Shown here piece by piece: positions 52,401 through 63,535 of a stretch of 64,000 bases of DNA. Position 1 is the first letter of the stretch. Each line of letters begins with the position of its first letter. This DNA comes from Raja brachyura (lineage: Eukaryota): the NCBI GenBank assembly GCA_963514005.1, contig OY740799.1:17050001-17114000 (forward strand). Direction: 5' to 3'. Made by a program: the position numbers and the translations under genes. A model generated the notes under the pieces. That model ran no database searches. It was not told the origin of the DNA and worked only from the letters and a program-made list of their open reading frames with translations.

Positions 52401-55400
52401 GGGCTTTTGGGTATTGGCGTTCCAGCAAAAGTAACATGGACGGTGTGAGGACCTTCAAGCAGAGGTCTGTATGTGCAGCGGAGAACATTGTCTCCTTTAT
52501 CCTCCAGAATCACCTCCACCGTATCCCGCCGTCCCTGGGGATCAACAATGACCACTCCAACATCTCCTGACCCAGCACCTGAGGGGAAGGAAGAAAAAAG
52601 AGCTGTCATCAGTACAGTGACAGCAACAGCACACTGCCATCCATGCAGAGGAAGGAATTCATCCTTCACAAGTCAACATTAAAATGCAGTGCAATCAGTG
52701 GAGAGTGCCTAGATACATTTGGTCACTCAACACAACACCTCTCCAGCCTCAACCTTTTCATCACAAAGGGGATACTAAACACAAGAACACAACACCCTGG
52801 TGAAACAGTCCAGATCGCTGCAGAATTAAGGGAGGCTTTAGAAGAGAAGTACAGATCCAAGAACTGGGCCCTCAGGTCTCTTTGTTTGCAACATCACTTT
52901 TCAATTCTGACAGAGAACATTTATTCCAAAAAGTTGGTTTTTAATTTACTTTCAGTTTTCAAATGTCATTTAATTGACTTTGTCTTCATTCTGAATAAAA
53001 ACTTCAAATGTCATCTGAGAAATTCCAAAGATGGCCACCCCACCTCTCCTAAGCTACAAACCTCTCTTCCCTCCCACCTCACCACAATTTCCAGTGGAGA
53101 TCCATACATCACTTTGTTTCTCACCTGCCGTGTAAATGTCAAAGTACGTTGGCTTGTTGGCCACATTCCCATTCAGCTCCAGACCAGGACCTTGAGCAGT
53201 CACCTTGTTGGAATCACCCAGAGCCATACCAATCTGGACTTTGAAAGGGCTTTTGTCAATTTGCTGTCCAGCAAATAAAACTGTTACCTGGAAGCAAACA
53301 CAAAGGTAACAGTATTAAAGCAAAATGCCAGTGGCTCCAATCTCCCTCCAAAAACTTCAAATTCTCCACATAGCCGTGTGCACCATTTTCATGCCGTGCA
53401 CAAATCAGCGAATGCAATCTGACTTGAGTGGTTGTGTTGTCAGATTTGGATGATTAAGTGGCAATTTGATAGAGCTTGTGATAATTCAGGAAGTCAGCGA
53501 GGTGTTTGGAAACTATTTCCTCTGTAAACCCTCCCAGCAAACCCCAAAACAAAAACATTTGGATCTGGGTGCAAAATAGATTGTCAAAGACAAGATTGAT
53601 AGTTTCCCATCCCCAGTTATAATCCAAGAACAGGGAGCAGCAATGAGATGCAGATCAACCATTCGAGCAACATAACTATTTCCTTAGGATCCCGTGACAA
53701 AGGGTGGGGGCAATCGCACTGCTCATTTCACCGAATAGCTTCCGACATGGAGTTCCATTCACTGCCCCATCTGGTGATGAAAACATGGAAGGAACACTAG
53801 ATCTATGGGTCAATGCACAAGCAAACCTACGAATGGTGTATTTTACAGACAGTGCAAAATGATGGGACCTGTGAAGATGGAGCCAAAGCTTATTCTGAAT
53901 GAACTGAAGTCTTTGGAATGATCAAAGACTTACCTTATGAAGGCCAGCAACTTTGGGTATGTAGGAAACAGAGTATGTGCGGTTCTTGTCATTGTTTGCA
54001 GTCACGCGTGCCTATACAAAGAAAACAAAATGGTCATTCTATACTGCAACTGGTTACTCCCACACCAGCCCATTGAACAAAACAGGCAGCAGAAGATTCA
54101 GCTCACACAAGAAGTGCATACATTATAATTCCAACCCAATGATGCTTGCTCCCTCTGGAACACAACAGTCTGTATCAATGGTGCTCAAGTGGAGATAGCT
54201 GCAGGTTCTAGGTGTAAATATCACCAGCAATCTATCCTAGTCCAACCACATGAATGGTATGGATAGGAAAGCACACCAAAACCTCGACTTACTCTACAGA
54301 AATTCAGCAACCCCCGAATGACTCATCAATTTCTATAAAGACGCCATAGAAAATATCATCTTGGGATTATGGCAACCTATTTGCCAAGCACACAAGAATT
54401 TGTAAAGAGTTACAAATGCAAATTGATGAACAGCTTGTTCCTCACTGTGATCACATGGGAGGGCCACTTGAATGGGCCTCCAATGTGCTCGGGATAAATT
54501 CCAAACTTTCAAATCCACATCATTGCAACCCAGACATTTTTAAAACCTGTACTTTCTATGTAGATACCACACTGTATTCTGCTCTTTTTCACTACCTGAT
54601 GTACTGTATGATTTGCTTGGACACCACTTTCTCGGATTGAATTCCTTGGATTTCTCTTGCTTGGTACATGTGGCAATAATAAGTGTGCCACAAGTAGAGA
54701 TGAGCATCAATGAAGATCTTCTAAACAATATTTATATGCTGGAACTAATAACAAAGAAAGCATGGCCCATTCCCACACACTCAGTACCTCTTCAGTGTGG
54801 CCTTCAGGATCCTCCACAAAGACCAGGACCTCTCCAAGACCAGCATTAATCGTCTCCACGGTGAACTCTGCTGGCTTCAGGACTACATTACCCTGTGGCT
54901 CGATACCTAGATGCAAGCACAAGGGACATTTAAATATATCACAATAACTTTGCTACCAGGTCAAAGGACATCATCATCCCTCAAGATATTCACAAAGTGT
55001 TGGAGTAACTCAGCAGGTCAGGCGGCATCCCTGGAGACAAAGGATGGGTGACTTTTCAAGTCGTATCCCTTCTTCAGACTGGATGACTCATCATCCCTCA
55101 AACCAGGTTTAAGGCCATGGTCAATCTGACACACCAGTAAGCATTACCCCAGGTCAGAGAGCTTCCACAGAACCATCATCAACTGTTGCTCCTTAACCTA
55201 GCTGATAGGAGACAGCGAACAGAAAACTATCCCTTATTCTAGGTTAAAGAAAGTATTCTCAGACTAAGACCACATCTTATCCTTGGAAACATGATATGTA
55301 CTGGATAATATGTACTGGATAGTCAGTGGGCCAAGTTTTGGGCAACACATGAAGGGATTGTCCTTACCTGGCCCATAAGCTCGAGCTTTCTTGGGGTTGA

Positions 55401-56838
55401 GTTTTGTCCTGAGGGGAGCACCAGGCTTGAGCTTCGCCTTTGGGAACTGGGAGAGGTAGGTCATCACCGAGTGCTCATCAACGTTGGGGTCCACAATCTC
55501 CTCAGGGGCAATCACCTGCAGAGTGGACAAAGGAGGTCAGGGGTGAGCGCTGGGAAAGGGTTAAATGTGACACACACATGGATAAGCAAGGACGAGGAGA
55601 AATGTGAGGATCTGAGTAAGCATCAGCGAGATCGGGATTCCAAAAGCTCGTGCACAGTGGGGCCTAGCGTTGATTGAGAAGAGGGAGAGAGTCCAAGGAC
55701 ATTATTTCACCAGATTCTGTTGTATCTGTGCAAATGATGGGGGATGACAATGGAGACACTCACCTGAGGAACTCCCAGCCAATCATCAGCTTGTTGCATG
55801 GCCTCACGGGCATTCCCCACGGGTTGGTTCGGGTCCCATTCCTGCCAGTCAGGGCACAGACCTGTGGGCACAATGAACACCTTTCCAACAAAGGGACAAT
55901 GAAGTATGGAATCCCAGCATCAGGCAGGGAGAAAACCCATGCAAACAAAAAAAATCTACAAACTTAGCTCTGGGTAGCTTTATAATTGCTGAGGATCTCT
56001 AATGCAGAACAACTTTGGACCGGAAACTTGGAAGCTGCAATTAACAGTGAGCTTTTATTGAAGTCGATCACTTGTAGATTCATTGATCAGCAATCGCCCC
56101 AACTACCAAGTGCATGCTGAATCAGCGCCCATGCTCCTGTTCATGCCTAATCATGTAGCAGGAGCTGAGACGGTGCCAGCCCTGCTCACATCTGGTTCCG
56201 TTTAGCTTTAATTGTATACAGCTCTGTTAAGCATTTCCAACATTGCCAATTCAGCATTTTCAAATCCACCCCTGTGCTATGCAAAATCTTGGAGTGCCCC
56301 CTTCCTCAATCAGCACCACCATCACAGCACTGCTACAATCACACAGACGGTGAGGGTCACCTTCATCAACTGGTTCATTCTGGAAATAGTGACCCCCTGT
56401 GCAGCTACACATCTGATAACCTCATGGCCCAATTGATACTGTCAATCTTGGCAGCTACCTCAAACATGTAATACAACTACCCCTCCACTCAAAACAAACC
56501 TTGCAGCAATTCACTCGGGTTTAAACCCAATCCTTCTCCTTCCCCTCTCATTTATCCCACTGCACTCTCCCACACTGCCGAGCTCTTACCTGGTGCACAG
56601 TTGTCCACCAATGCACCCAGTGCCTTGCCGTCCTGCCAATCCCGGTGAAAGTTGGTGATAGGCAGCTGTGGGATCTTGTTCTGGATCCATCCCAACAATC
56701 TCTGCTTGGGAGTCTGCTTCTTAACGTCTTCATCATCCTCATCCTCCCACATAGGCATGGAGATGGAGTAATGGAGGATAAGGGTCCAGATCAGTCCCAA
56801 GATGAGCTTCAGGTTCCCATCCACAATAGCCTTACTAT
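13460..56838 (-). CDS. FLNC: Filamin C, exons 2-48 (5'-partial; exon 1 outside window): CH actin-binding domains plus 24 Ig-like repeats
   Basis: Exons traced with GT-AG boundaries and continuous frame: e2 56590-56838, e3 55764-55861, e4 55368-55515, e5 54788-54906, e6 53934-54011, e7 53125-53287, e8 52378-52578, e9 49286-49423, e10 48770-48896, e11 48314-48450, e12 47219-47412, e13 46235-46348, e14 45872-46015, e15 45296-45419, e16 44056-44216, e17 42053-42143, e18 41445-41614, e19 41063-41180, e20 40186-40448, e21 38593-39190, e22 38012-38185, e23 35844-36006, e24 34893-35053, e25 34025-34192, e26 33578-33701, e27 32852-33008, e28 32010-32199, e29 31357-31380, e30 30487-30734, e31 28180-28275, e32 26711-26810, e33 26469-26609, e34 25879-26007, e35 25077-25250, e36 23607-23768, e37 22216-22419, e38 21755-21907, e39 21444-21566, e40 18562-18801, e41 18187-18456, e42 17374-17511, e43 17170-17285, e44 16611-16743, e45 14891-15067, e46 14222-14440, e47 13864-14067, e48 13460-13647 (...[11 protein letters not shown]). 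Paralog identity comes from the FLNC-specific Ig20 insertion exon and adjacency to ATP6V1F. Confidence 0.97.
15390..15530 (+). mobile_element. CR1/HER1 3' tail fragment
   Basis: gtcaagggttatggggagaagg...tcagccatgaatgaatggcg...gggccaaatggcct; the same tail as other copies in the window. Confidence 0.7.
18562..18801 (-). CDS. FLNC: FLNC exon 40: FLNC-specific ~80-aa insertion in Ig repeat 20
   Basis: [57 protein letters not shown]...; 240 nt, phase 1-1. Confidence 0.95.
18860..19830 (+). mobile_element. Highly decayed CR1 fragment with a nested short palindromic repeat (~19245-19410)
   Basis: Residual similarity to the CR1 RT C-terminus and 3' tail seen at 62700-63535. Confidence 0.55.
19014..19086. 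repeat. 26-bp tandem repeat, ~2.8 copies
   Basis: atgtagccttcagtt(a/c)(t/a)aaaatatga repeated. Confidence 0.85.
23085..23440 (-). mobile_element. CR1 LINE 3' fragment
   Basis: Minus ORF ...[21 protein letters not shown]... and a 3' tail ending gggccgaagggcctgtttct. Confidence 0.7.
24095..24697 (+). mobile_element. Rex1/Babar-like LINE 3' fragment
   Basis: Degenerate [33 protein letters not shown]...[23 protein letters not shown]; ends gtgacaataaactaaactcaaactcaa. Confidence 0.7.
28180..28275 (-). CDS. FLNC: FLNC exon 31: hinge-1 cassette exon
   Basis: 96 nt, phase 0-0, [32 protein letters not shown]; acceptor catag, donor gtataa. Not in the supplied ORF track. Confidence 0.9.
29290..29560 (+). 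mobile_element. CR1 RT C-terminal fragment
   Basis: Reads [17 protein letters not shown] / [20 protein letters not shown] across a frameshift, homologous to 63000-63150. Confidence 0.7.
31357..31380 (-). CDS. FLNC: FLNC exon 29: 24-nt micro-exon (V)SIGGHGL(G)
   Basis: ttctaactgactgctcttcccccacag|TGTCCATCGGTGGCCATGGACTAG|gtgagt; this is the known filamin VSIGGHGL micro-exon. Confidence 0.92.
   Translation of the reverse strand, partial: CPSVAMD
35318..35413 (-). repeat. Dispersed short repeat (Penelope-associated type) with hammerhead-like core; related copies at ~7832-7935, 10270-10406, 19245-19410, 25450-25600, 42703-42793, 44365-44520, 54991-55081
   Basis: Shared consensus tgctggagtaactcagcaggtcaggcagcatctctggagagaaggaatgggtgacgtttcgggtcgagacccttcttcagac. 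Confidence 0.85.
36029..36667 (+). mobile_element. Non-autonomous Helitron, copy 1
   Basis: Starts A|TC (36029) and ends CTAG|T (36667). Sub-terminal hairpin gcagacccaacgaatctgc lies ~7 nt before CTAG. No TSD or TIR. Confidence 0.7.
36668..37356 (+). mobile_element. Non-autonomous Helitron, copy 2 (head-to-tail with copy 1)
   Basis: Similar 5' end (tatatattactaaaa), hairpin ggaacccaacgggtccc, then acttggtccag|t. Internal triplication of ggtgagtggtggaatat. Confidence 0.65.
39400..39820 (+). mobile_element. Decayed CR1 3' fragment
   Basis: ttggagagggtgcagaagag... and tail tgggctgaagggcctgttcctatgct. Confidence 0.6.
44525..45100 (+). mobile_element. Decayed Rex1/Babar-like LINE fragment
   Basis: Similar to 24110-24690 (gatgtatcacagcttgatttgg...gttgtagatgcagcccag). 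Confidence 0.55.
47485..48112 (+). mobile_element. 5'-truncated L1-clade LINE with poly(A) tail and 16-bp TSD
   Basis: TSD agacattcacacaaac at 47469-47484 and 48113-48128. ORF2 C-terminal remnant (C..H..C; [10 protein letters not shown]...[12 protein letters not shown]), then AATAAA and an A-tail at 48089-48112. Confidence 0.85.
50261..50386 (-). CDS. FLNC: Putative extra proline-rich cassette exon of FLNC between exons 8 and 9
   Basis: ctgacctcag|GATCC...GAGCAC|gttagt; 126 nt, phase 1-1 matching its neighbours. Stop-free: [42 protein letters not shown](P). Confidence 0.75.
54180..54680 (+). mobile_element. Decayed Rex1/Babar-like LINE fragment
   Basis: ttctaggtgtaaatatcacc...aaagcacaccaaaacctc... 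ending cttggtacatgtggcaataataa, like the other Rex1 tails. Confidence 0.5.
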
Positions 56839-57199
56839 CTGTGAATTACAAACCAGGCCTTGGGTTAGAACCTAACAGTGAAGCATTCATTCAGCATGAC
56901 AATAATAATCCTTCATGAGGCAGAGACAGAGACAGGGAGAGGCAGATGGGAACTTACGAATGGGCTGACACAGTCAAATGAAATAGGACCTCAAGGAAAG
57001 CATTTGAAAAGATCTGCAAAAAGAGTGACTAACCAATTCAAATCCCAGTCCAGAAACACTACAGTTTGTGGCTTGCCAAGTGTATGTAGGATCTGCATTT
57101 GGTGCGTTGACGAAATGGCGGAAAGTGCGTTTTAGTCTGTAACACCAATAATGTGCCTGTCCACAAAACAAATACAATTCAAGATTCATTCCCTAACGT

Positions 57200-58400
57200 C
57201 CATGCATGGCAGTGGTAGGGAAATGTGAGAATCTATTTTGAGGAAGTGGTAACAGGACACCTAGAAAATATTAACAGCATTGAACAGAGTCAACATGGAT
57301 TTATGAAAGGGAATTCAGTTTTGGCAAATCTTTCAGGGTGCATTTTAAGAACTTAAATAGTAGAAACATAGAAAATAGGTGCAGGAGTAGGCCATTCGGC
57401 CCTCTGAGTCTGCACCACTATTCAATATGATCATGGCTGATCAGTCTCCTGTACCTGCCTTCTCTCCATACCCCCTGATCCCTTTAGCCACAAGGGCCAC
57501 ATCTAACTCCCTCTTCAATATAGCCAATGAACTGGCCTCAACTACCTTCTGTGGCAGAGACTGGGGTAGAGGAGACAAAGATAAACCAGTTGATGCTGTG
57601 TATTTCGACTTTCAGAAGTCTATTATTAAAAGTTCACACTATTGTGGATAACATACTGGGATGCATCAAGGATTGGTGAATGGAGAGAAAAAACGGAATC
57701 AATTGATTGTTTGGTAGTAATGCTGCAGGAATCAGTGTCTTTGCTCAGTTGAATCCACAATGAGGCAAAATCAAATACAATTCCAAGTTTATTAACAATA
57801 GAAAGTTTGGCAGCAGTGTGTGCCGTCAGGCTTTCAGAGGATATGAAAAGATAAGGACATGGCGAAGGAAACGTGGGGGAAAAGATTCCGTTTGGTTGCA
57901 AACAAATATAGAAAGTGTTTTTTTTCCAAATGGCAAGAAACCCCAAAAGAGAGATCTTACATGAATTACTGAAAATTAATATGCAGGAACAACAAGCAAT
58001 AGTTGGCTAATGGCGTGGCTTGGTGGGTTTGTTACGCAAAGCAGCATGAAGTAGACTGGTTCTGTACTCAAGTTTGGAAGAATAAAGCGTGACCCATAAA
58101 ATTCTCACGTGGTTTAACAACAGCGATGGAGTGTCTGGAAGCAGTGATCAGTGTCAGAATAAAGGATCATCTGTTCAGGACAGACAAGAAATATTGCCTC
58201 CCAGGAGGCCGAGTAAATCTTCAGAATTCTCTGCAAGAGGACTGTGGAAGGTCAACATATTCAAGGCAGAGATCAATATTTTTAGAACTTGAGGTAATTC
58301 AAGCCTTTTGGGCGAGTACAGGAAAGTAGCACCAAGGGAAAGGATCAGCCTTGATCTTAAGAAATGGCCGAGCAGCCAACTTAAGCAGATCCTCGTGGCT
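57200..58400 (+). mobile_element. Decayed CR1 RT fragment with a nested minus-strand HER1 3' tail (57361-57560)
   Basis: SQHGFMKG and PVDAVYFDFQK motifs lie on either side of an inverted tail tagaaacatagaaaataggtgcagg. Confidence 0.7.
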
Positions 58401-59807
58401 CTCAATAATCAAGTATTATTCACAGGAAAATGACTGCATTGATGGAAATCAAAAAGGAACTCTCTGGTCAGTGATTGTCCAAGGCTTGATCAAAACAAGT
58501 GCTGGAACCAGCCCCCACCATGAGTAATTCTCTCCCTGTGAGCCACAACTTCCCAGCTGTTGCAGAGATCACTCTCACTCATCTGGGAATTGCTGGCTGG
58601 GGCCACAGCCAGTGATATTTTCAGCAACGTTCCAGTGTAACCAGGCAGCAGATCCTAAAAATTTCAGAGCTAGTCTTTCCTCCGCCACTCAATGCAGAAT
58701 TCAGAAGGATTTCCTCCAACACCGTACCGGATTGGCAGGGATCCGAGTGAGCCCACAGCTGTCACAGAAAGGAGCACTGCTGTCAGAGATTCCACTCACG
58801 CTTAAACCCCCCCCCCCCCCCCCAAAGTTCCAATGCACAGCCCTTATCCAGATCAGCCACAAACTTCCAACCCGCTGCATTCCTAACTAATCCCTCCTCA
58901 CACTCCACTACGAGTGTGGCAAGCACTGACTACCAACGAATGGGAGTGAGAGAGACACAGTGAGTGTACCAGTCTGCTGCATGCATTCTGCGTAGATAGA
59001 AGGTGATGTAAAGTGCAAACTATTTGTTCAGACATAAGCTGACACAGGAGCTCATCTGGCTTGACTGAAGATTCATTCATACTTTACCATGAAAGGATAC
59101 AGACACACAAGAGTTACCTTTCCAAACAACTGAAACATTAGCAACTCTTCCCAGCTGCACGGTGAATAACCCATACCCTAAATTAACAATGATTCCATTC
59201 TGTATGCAGGGCAAGAATCATTTGTTTAAACCATGTGCCTCGAGACAATGGACAACCCCTACCCTGTGGGAACAAGGTATGTACAGTTACACCATGTAGC
59301 CGTTACCCTGAATAAACTGTAGACTCTAAGTTACATTGAATAACCCTTACCCTGTATAAACAGTAACTCCATACAGAGGGTTTGACTGTCAAAGAATGAG
59401 AGTCCAGTGGGATTGTTAGTGATCTTTACCCTGAACAACAGTGACTGTATGGTTTGGACAAATCATACAATGCGGGCAGTTTAGCCCTGTAAGCTGCACG
59501 CGTGCTTTAAAAGAGCAGCCAATATGTCTCACAGCCTTGATCATTTCCCTCACACCGTATTTTTTTCCCCTTTCAATTGTTTATCCAATTCTTATCTGAA
59601 AGTTGCAGCTGGATTAGTTTCCTTACCCTTTCAGACAGGACAACTTAGATAACTTTCTGCACGATGGAATGGAATACTTTATTGTCACATGTGACAAGGC
59701 ACAGTGAAATTCTTTGCTTGCATACCCAAGGTATACAAAGAGTCGCCACATACAATGCTGACAAAGTTACAAAGTACCCCCCGCCGGCTCCTCCTTTATT
59801 CTCCTCC

Positions 59808-59808
<1 letters not shown>

Positions 59809-59842
<34 letters not shown>
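59809..59842. repeat. Poly-C homopolymer (~34 nt)
   Basis: Directly visible. Shorter C/G runs occur at ~6699, ~8073, ~33208 and ~58808. Confidence 0.9.
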
Positions 59843-59872
59843 ACACCAGGCCCTCCATTGTTCATTGTTCTT

Positions 59873-60165
59873 CCAGTGGTGCAGCCAGTAGAGTTGCTGC
59901 CCTACAGCACCACGGACCCAGGTTCGATCCCGACTATGGGTGTTACTGTGTGGAGTTTGTACATTCTCCCTGTGACTGTGGGGGTTTTCTTTGGGTTCTC
60001 TGTTTTCCTCCAACATCTCCAAAGACATACAGGTTTGTAGGTTAATTGGCTTCTGTAAATTGCCACTAATGTGTAGAATAGAACTAACGTACGGGTGATC
60101 ATTGGTTGGCACAGATTCGGGAGGCTCAAGAGCCTGTTTCCACACTGTGTCTCTACACTACACTA
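59873..60165 (+). mobile_element. tRNA-derived V-SINE (HE1-like)
   Basis: A-box-like gtggtgcagccagtagag, B-box ggttcgatcc, V-domain tgtggagtttgtacattctccctgtgactg, and a (ctaca)n tail. Confidence 0.8.
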
Positions 60166-60879
60166 TATTCTACCCTGCCCCCGAAAAAGCCTTCCATGAT
60201 TTTGAAAACCTGCACCAAATCCTCCTTAATCCTCTGCTCCAGTTCTCAGCTTTGATTCTTTCCATACAAGATTCCTCATAACAGGAAACTGTACTAAACC
60301 CCCTTTATAGCCCTCATCATAACTCTGCCATCTAATAATGTGTGAAACACAACTCACTAATCCAGGGACCGTACATGCTTAATAAACTTTAAATTAGAAA
60401 AATCTAATATATTGAATTCCATGTATTTTACTTACAAAAAAAAATTCCCCTCTCTCACTTTTTACCTTTGGTGATTATATATGCATTCAAAATTAAAGTT
60501 CCATAAAATGTGGTCATTTAGCTCATTAAATCTGTACTCCAAAATGTACCACTTCAATGCATAAATATAATCGGCCCCACATTTACCCATTTCTATTCTT
60601 TACTGTTGATTGCTTAGTGTTTGTTGCATCGGCGAACTTTAAAATGACGAACTCTAGAGATGCCAATACTAAAGCGACTCTTATATTAACCCTGATATCA
60701 CCATTCTAGACTTCTCGATGCTCCAGAAAAAACACTATTTAACCAGGCTACACTGTTTCACTATTCACACTGCTGCCATTTCTTTAGCTTTGCTCAGCAG
60801 TGGTTATTTTGTTGATTGCCTTTTGAAAGAAAAACATATGCAAACCATACAACCCTCAATACTTCAAATTAGCCACAAA

Positions 60880-63535
60880 ATCATTTCAACATGCAGGTAG
60901 ACTGGGAAAATCGGGTTGGTACTGGACCCCAAGAAATGGAGTTTGTGGGGTGTCTCTGATGGATTCTTAGAGCAGCTTGTACTGGAGCCTACCAGGGAAA
61001 AGGCAATTCAGGATTTAATGTTGTGTAATGAACCGGATTTGATAAGGGAACTTGAAGTTAAGGAGCCATTAAGAGGTAGTGACCATAATATGGTAAATTT
61101 TTATCTACAATTTGAGAGGGAGAAGGGTAAACCAGAGGTGTCAGTGTTACAGTTGAACAAAGGGGACTATGGAGCCATGAGGGAGGAGGTGGCCAAAGTT
61201 GACTGGAAAGATACCCCAGCAGGGATGACAGTGGAACAACAATGGCAGGTATTTCTGGGAATAATACAGAAGGTGCAGGATCAGTTCATTCCAAAGAGGA
61301 AGAAAGATTCCAAGGGCAGTGAGGGGCGACCGTGGCCGACAAGGGAAGTCAGGGACAGTATAAAAATAAAAGAGAAAAAGTACAACATAGCTGAGCTGGA
61401 AGCAAGAGGATTGGGTAATCTCACAGAGAGTGGTGAGTCTCTGGAATTCTCTGCCACAGAAGGTAGTTGAGGCCAGTTAATTGGCTATATTTAAGAGGGA
61501 GTTAGATGTGACTCTTGTGGCTAGAGGAATCAGGGGTATGGAGAGAAGACAAGTACGGGATACTGAGTTGGATGATCTGCCATGATCATATTGATAGGCG
61601 GTGCAGGCTCGAATGGCCGAATGGCCTACACCTGCACCTATTTTCTATGTTTCTATGTCTCTATGTAATGTTTAAAGAGCAACAGAAGATAACTAAAAAG
61701 GCAATATGGGCAGAAAAGATGAGGTAAGCTAGCCAAGAATATAAAGGAGGATGGTAAAAGCTTCTTTACGTATGTGAAGAGGAAAAAATTAGTTAAGACC
61801 AAAGTTGCACCCTTGAAGACTGAAAAAGGTGAATTAATTATGGGGAACAAGGAAACGGCAGATGAGTTGACCAGGTCCTTTGGATCCATCTTCACTAAGG
61901 AGGACACAAACAACCTTCCTGATGTACTAGTGGCCAGAGAATCTGGGGTGACGGAGGAACTGAAGTAAATCCACATTAGGCAGGAAATGGTGTTGGATAG
62001 GCTGATGGGACTGAAGGCTGATAAATCCCCAGGGCCTGGTGATCTGCATCCCAGGGTCCCAAGTGGCTCTAGAAATCGTGGACGCATTGGTGATCATTTT
62101 CTAATGTTCTATAGATTCAGGATCAGTTCTTGTGGATTGGAGGGAAGCTAATGTTATCCCACCTTTTAAGAAAGGCAGAAGAGAGAAAACAGGGAATTAT
62201 AGACCAGCTAGCCTGACATCAGTGGTGGGGAAGATGCTGGAGTCAATCATAAAAGATGAAATAGCGGCACATTTGGATAGCAGTAACAGGATCGGTACGA
62301 GTTAGCATGGATTTGTGAAGGGGAAATCATGATTGACTAATCTTCTGGAATTTTTTGAAGATGTAACTAGGAAAATGGACAAGGGAGAGCCAGTGGATGT
62401 AGTGTACCTGGACTTTCAGAAAGCATTTGATAAGGTCCCACATAGGAGATTAGTGGGCAAAATTAGGGCACATGGTATTGGGGGTAGAGTGCCACCATGG
62501 ATAGAAAATTGGTTGGCAGACAGGAAACAAAGAGTAGGGATTAACGGGTCCCTTTCAGAATGGCAATCAGTGACTAGTGGGGTACCACAAGGCTTGGTGC
62601 AGGGACTGCTGCTATTTACAATATACATCAATGATTTAGATGATGGGATTCAAAGTAACATTAGCAAATTTGGAGATGTCACAAAGCTGTGAGAACTGTG
62701 AGGAGGATGCTATGACAAATGCAGGGTGACTTGGACAGGGTGGGTGAGTGGGCAGATGCATGGTTGAGGCAGTTTAATGTGGATAAATGTGAGGTTATCC
62801 ACTTTGGTAGCAAAAACAGGAAGGCAGATTATTATCTAAATGATGTCAAGTTCGGAAAAGAGGAAGCACAACAGGATCGGGGGGGTCCTTGTTCATCAGT
62901 CAATTAAAGTAAGCATGCAGGTACAGCAGGCAGTGACGAAAGCGAATGGCAGGTCGGCCTGCATAACAAGAGGAGTTGAGTATAGGAGCAAAGAGGTCCT
63001 TTTGCAGTTGTATAGGACCCTAGTGAGACCACACCTGGAGTATTGCGTGCAGTTTTGGTCCCCTAATTTGAGGAAGGACATTCTTGCTATTGATGGAGTA
63101 CAATGTAGGTTCACAAGGTTAAACCCTGGGATAGCGGGACTATCATATGCCGAGAGAACGGAGCGGCTGGGCTTGTATTCACTTGAATTTAGAAGGATCA
63201 GAGGGGGTCTTATTGAAACATATAAAATTAAGGGTTTGGACATGCTAGAGGCAGGAAGCATGTTCCCGATATTGGAAAGAGCCGAGTAGATGAGGAAACA
63301 CTTTTTCTCACAGAGAGTTGCGAGTCTGTAGAATTCTCTGCCTCATAGGGCGGTGGAGGCCAGTTCTCTGGATACTTTCAAGAGAGCTTGATAGGGCTGT
63401 TAAAGATAGCAGAGTCAGGGGATATGGGGAGAAGGCAGGAACAGGGTACTGATTGTGGATGGTCAGCCATGATCACATTGAATGGTGGTGCTGGCTCGAA
63501 GGGCTGAATGGCCTACTCCTGCACCTATTGTCTAT
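60880..63535 (+). mobile_element. CR1/HER1 LINE ORF2 (endonuclease end plus RT), pseudogenised, with a nested 3' tail copy at ~61416-61665
   Basis: EN motif SDHN; RT motifs YRPASLTS, YLDFQKAFDKV, GVPQG, degenerate FGDV, RPHLEYCVQFWSP. Many stops and frameshifts; 3' tail cctgcacctattgtctat. Confidence 0.93.

Noticed and set aside
59873-59945. tRNA gene
   Set aside because: The A/B boxes belong to a SINE head; there is no complete cloverleaf and it continues into the V-domain.
59645-60145. Poly-Pro / poly-Gly ORFs
   Set aside because: Translations of a poly-C run plus a SINE; homopolymer length may also be a sequencing artefact.
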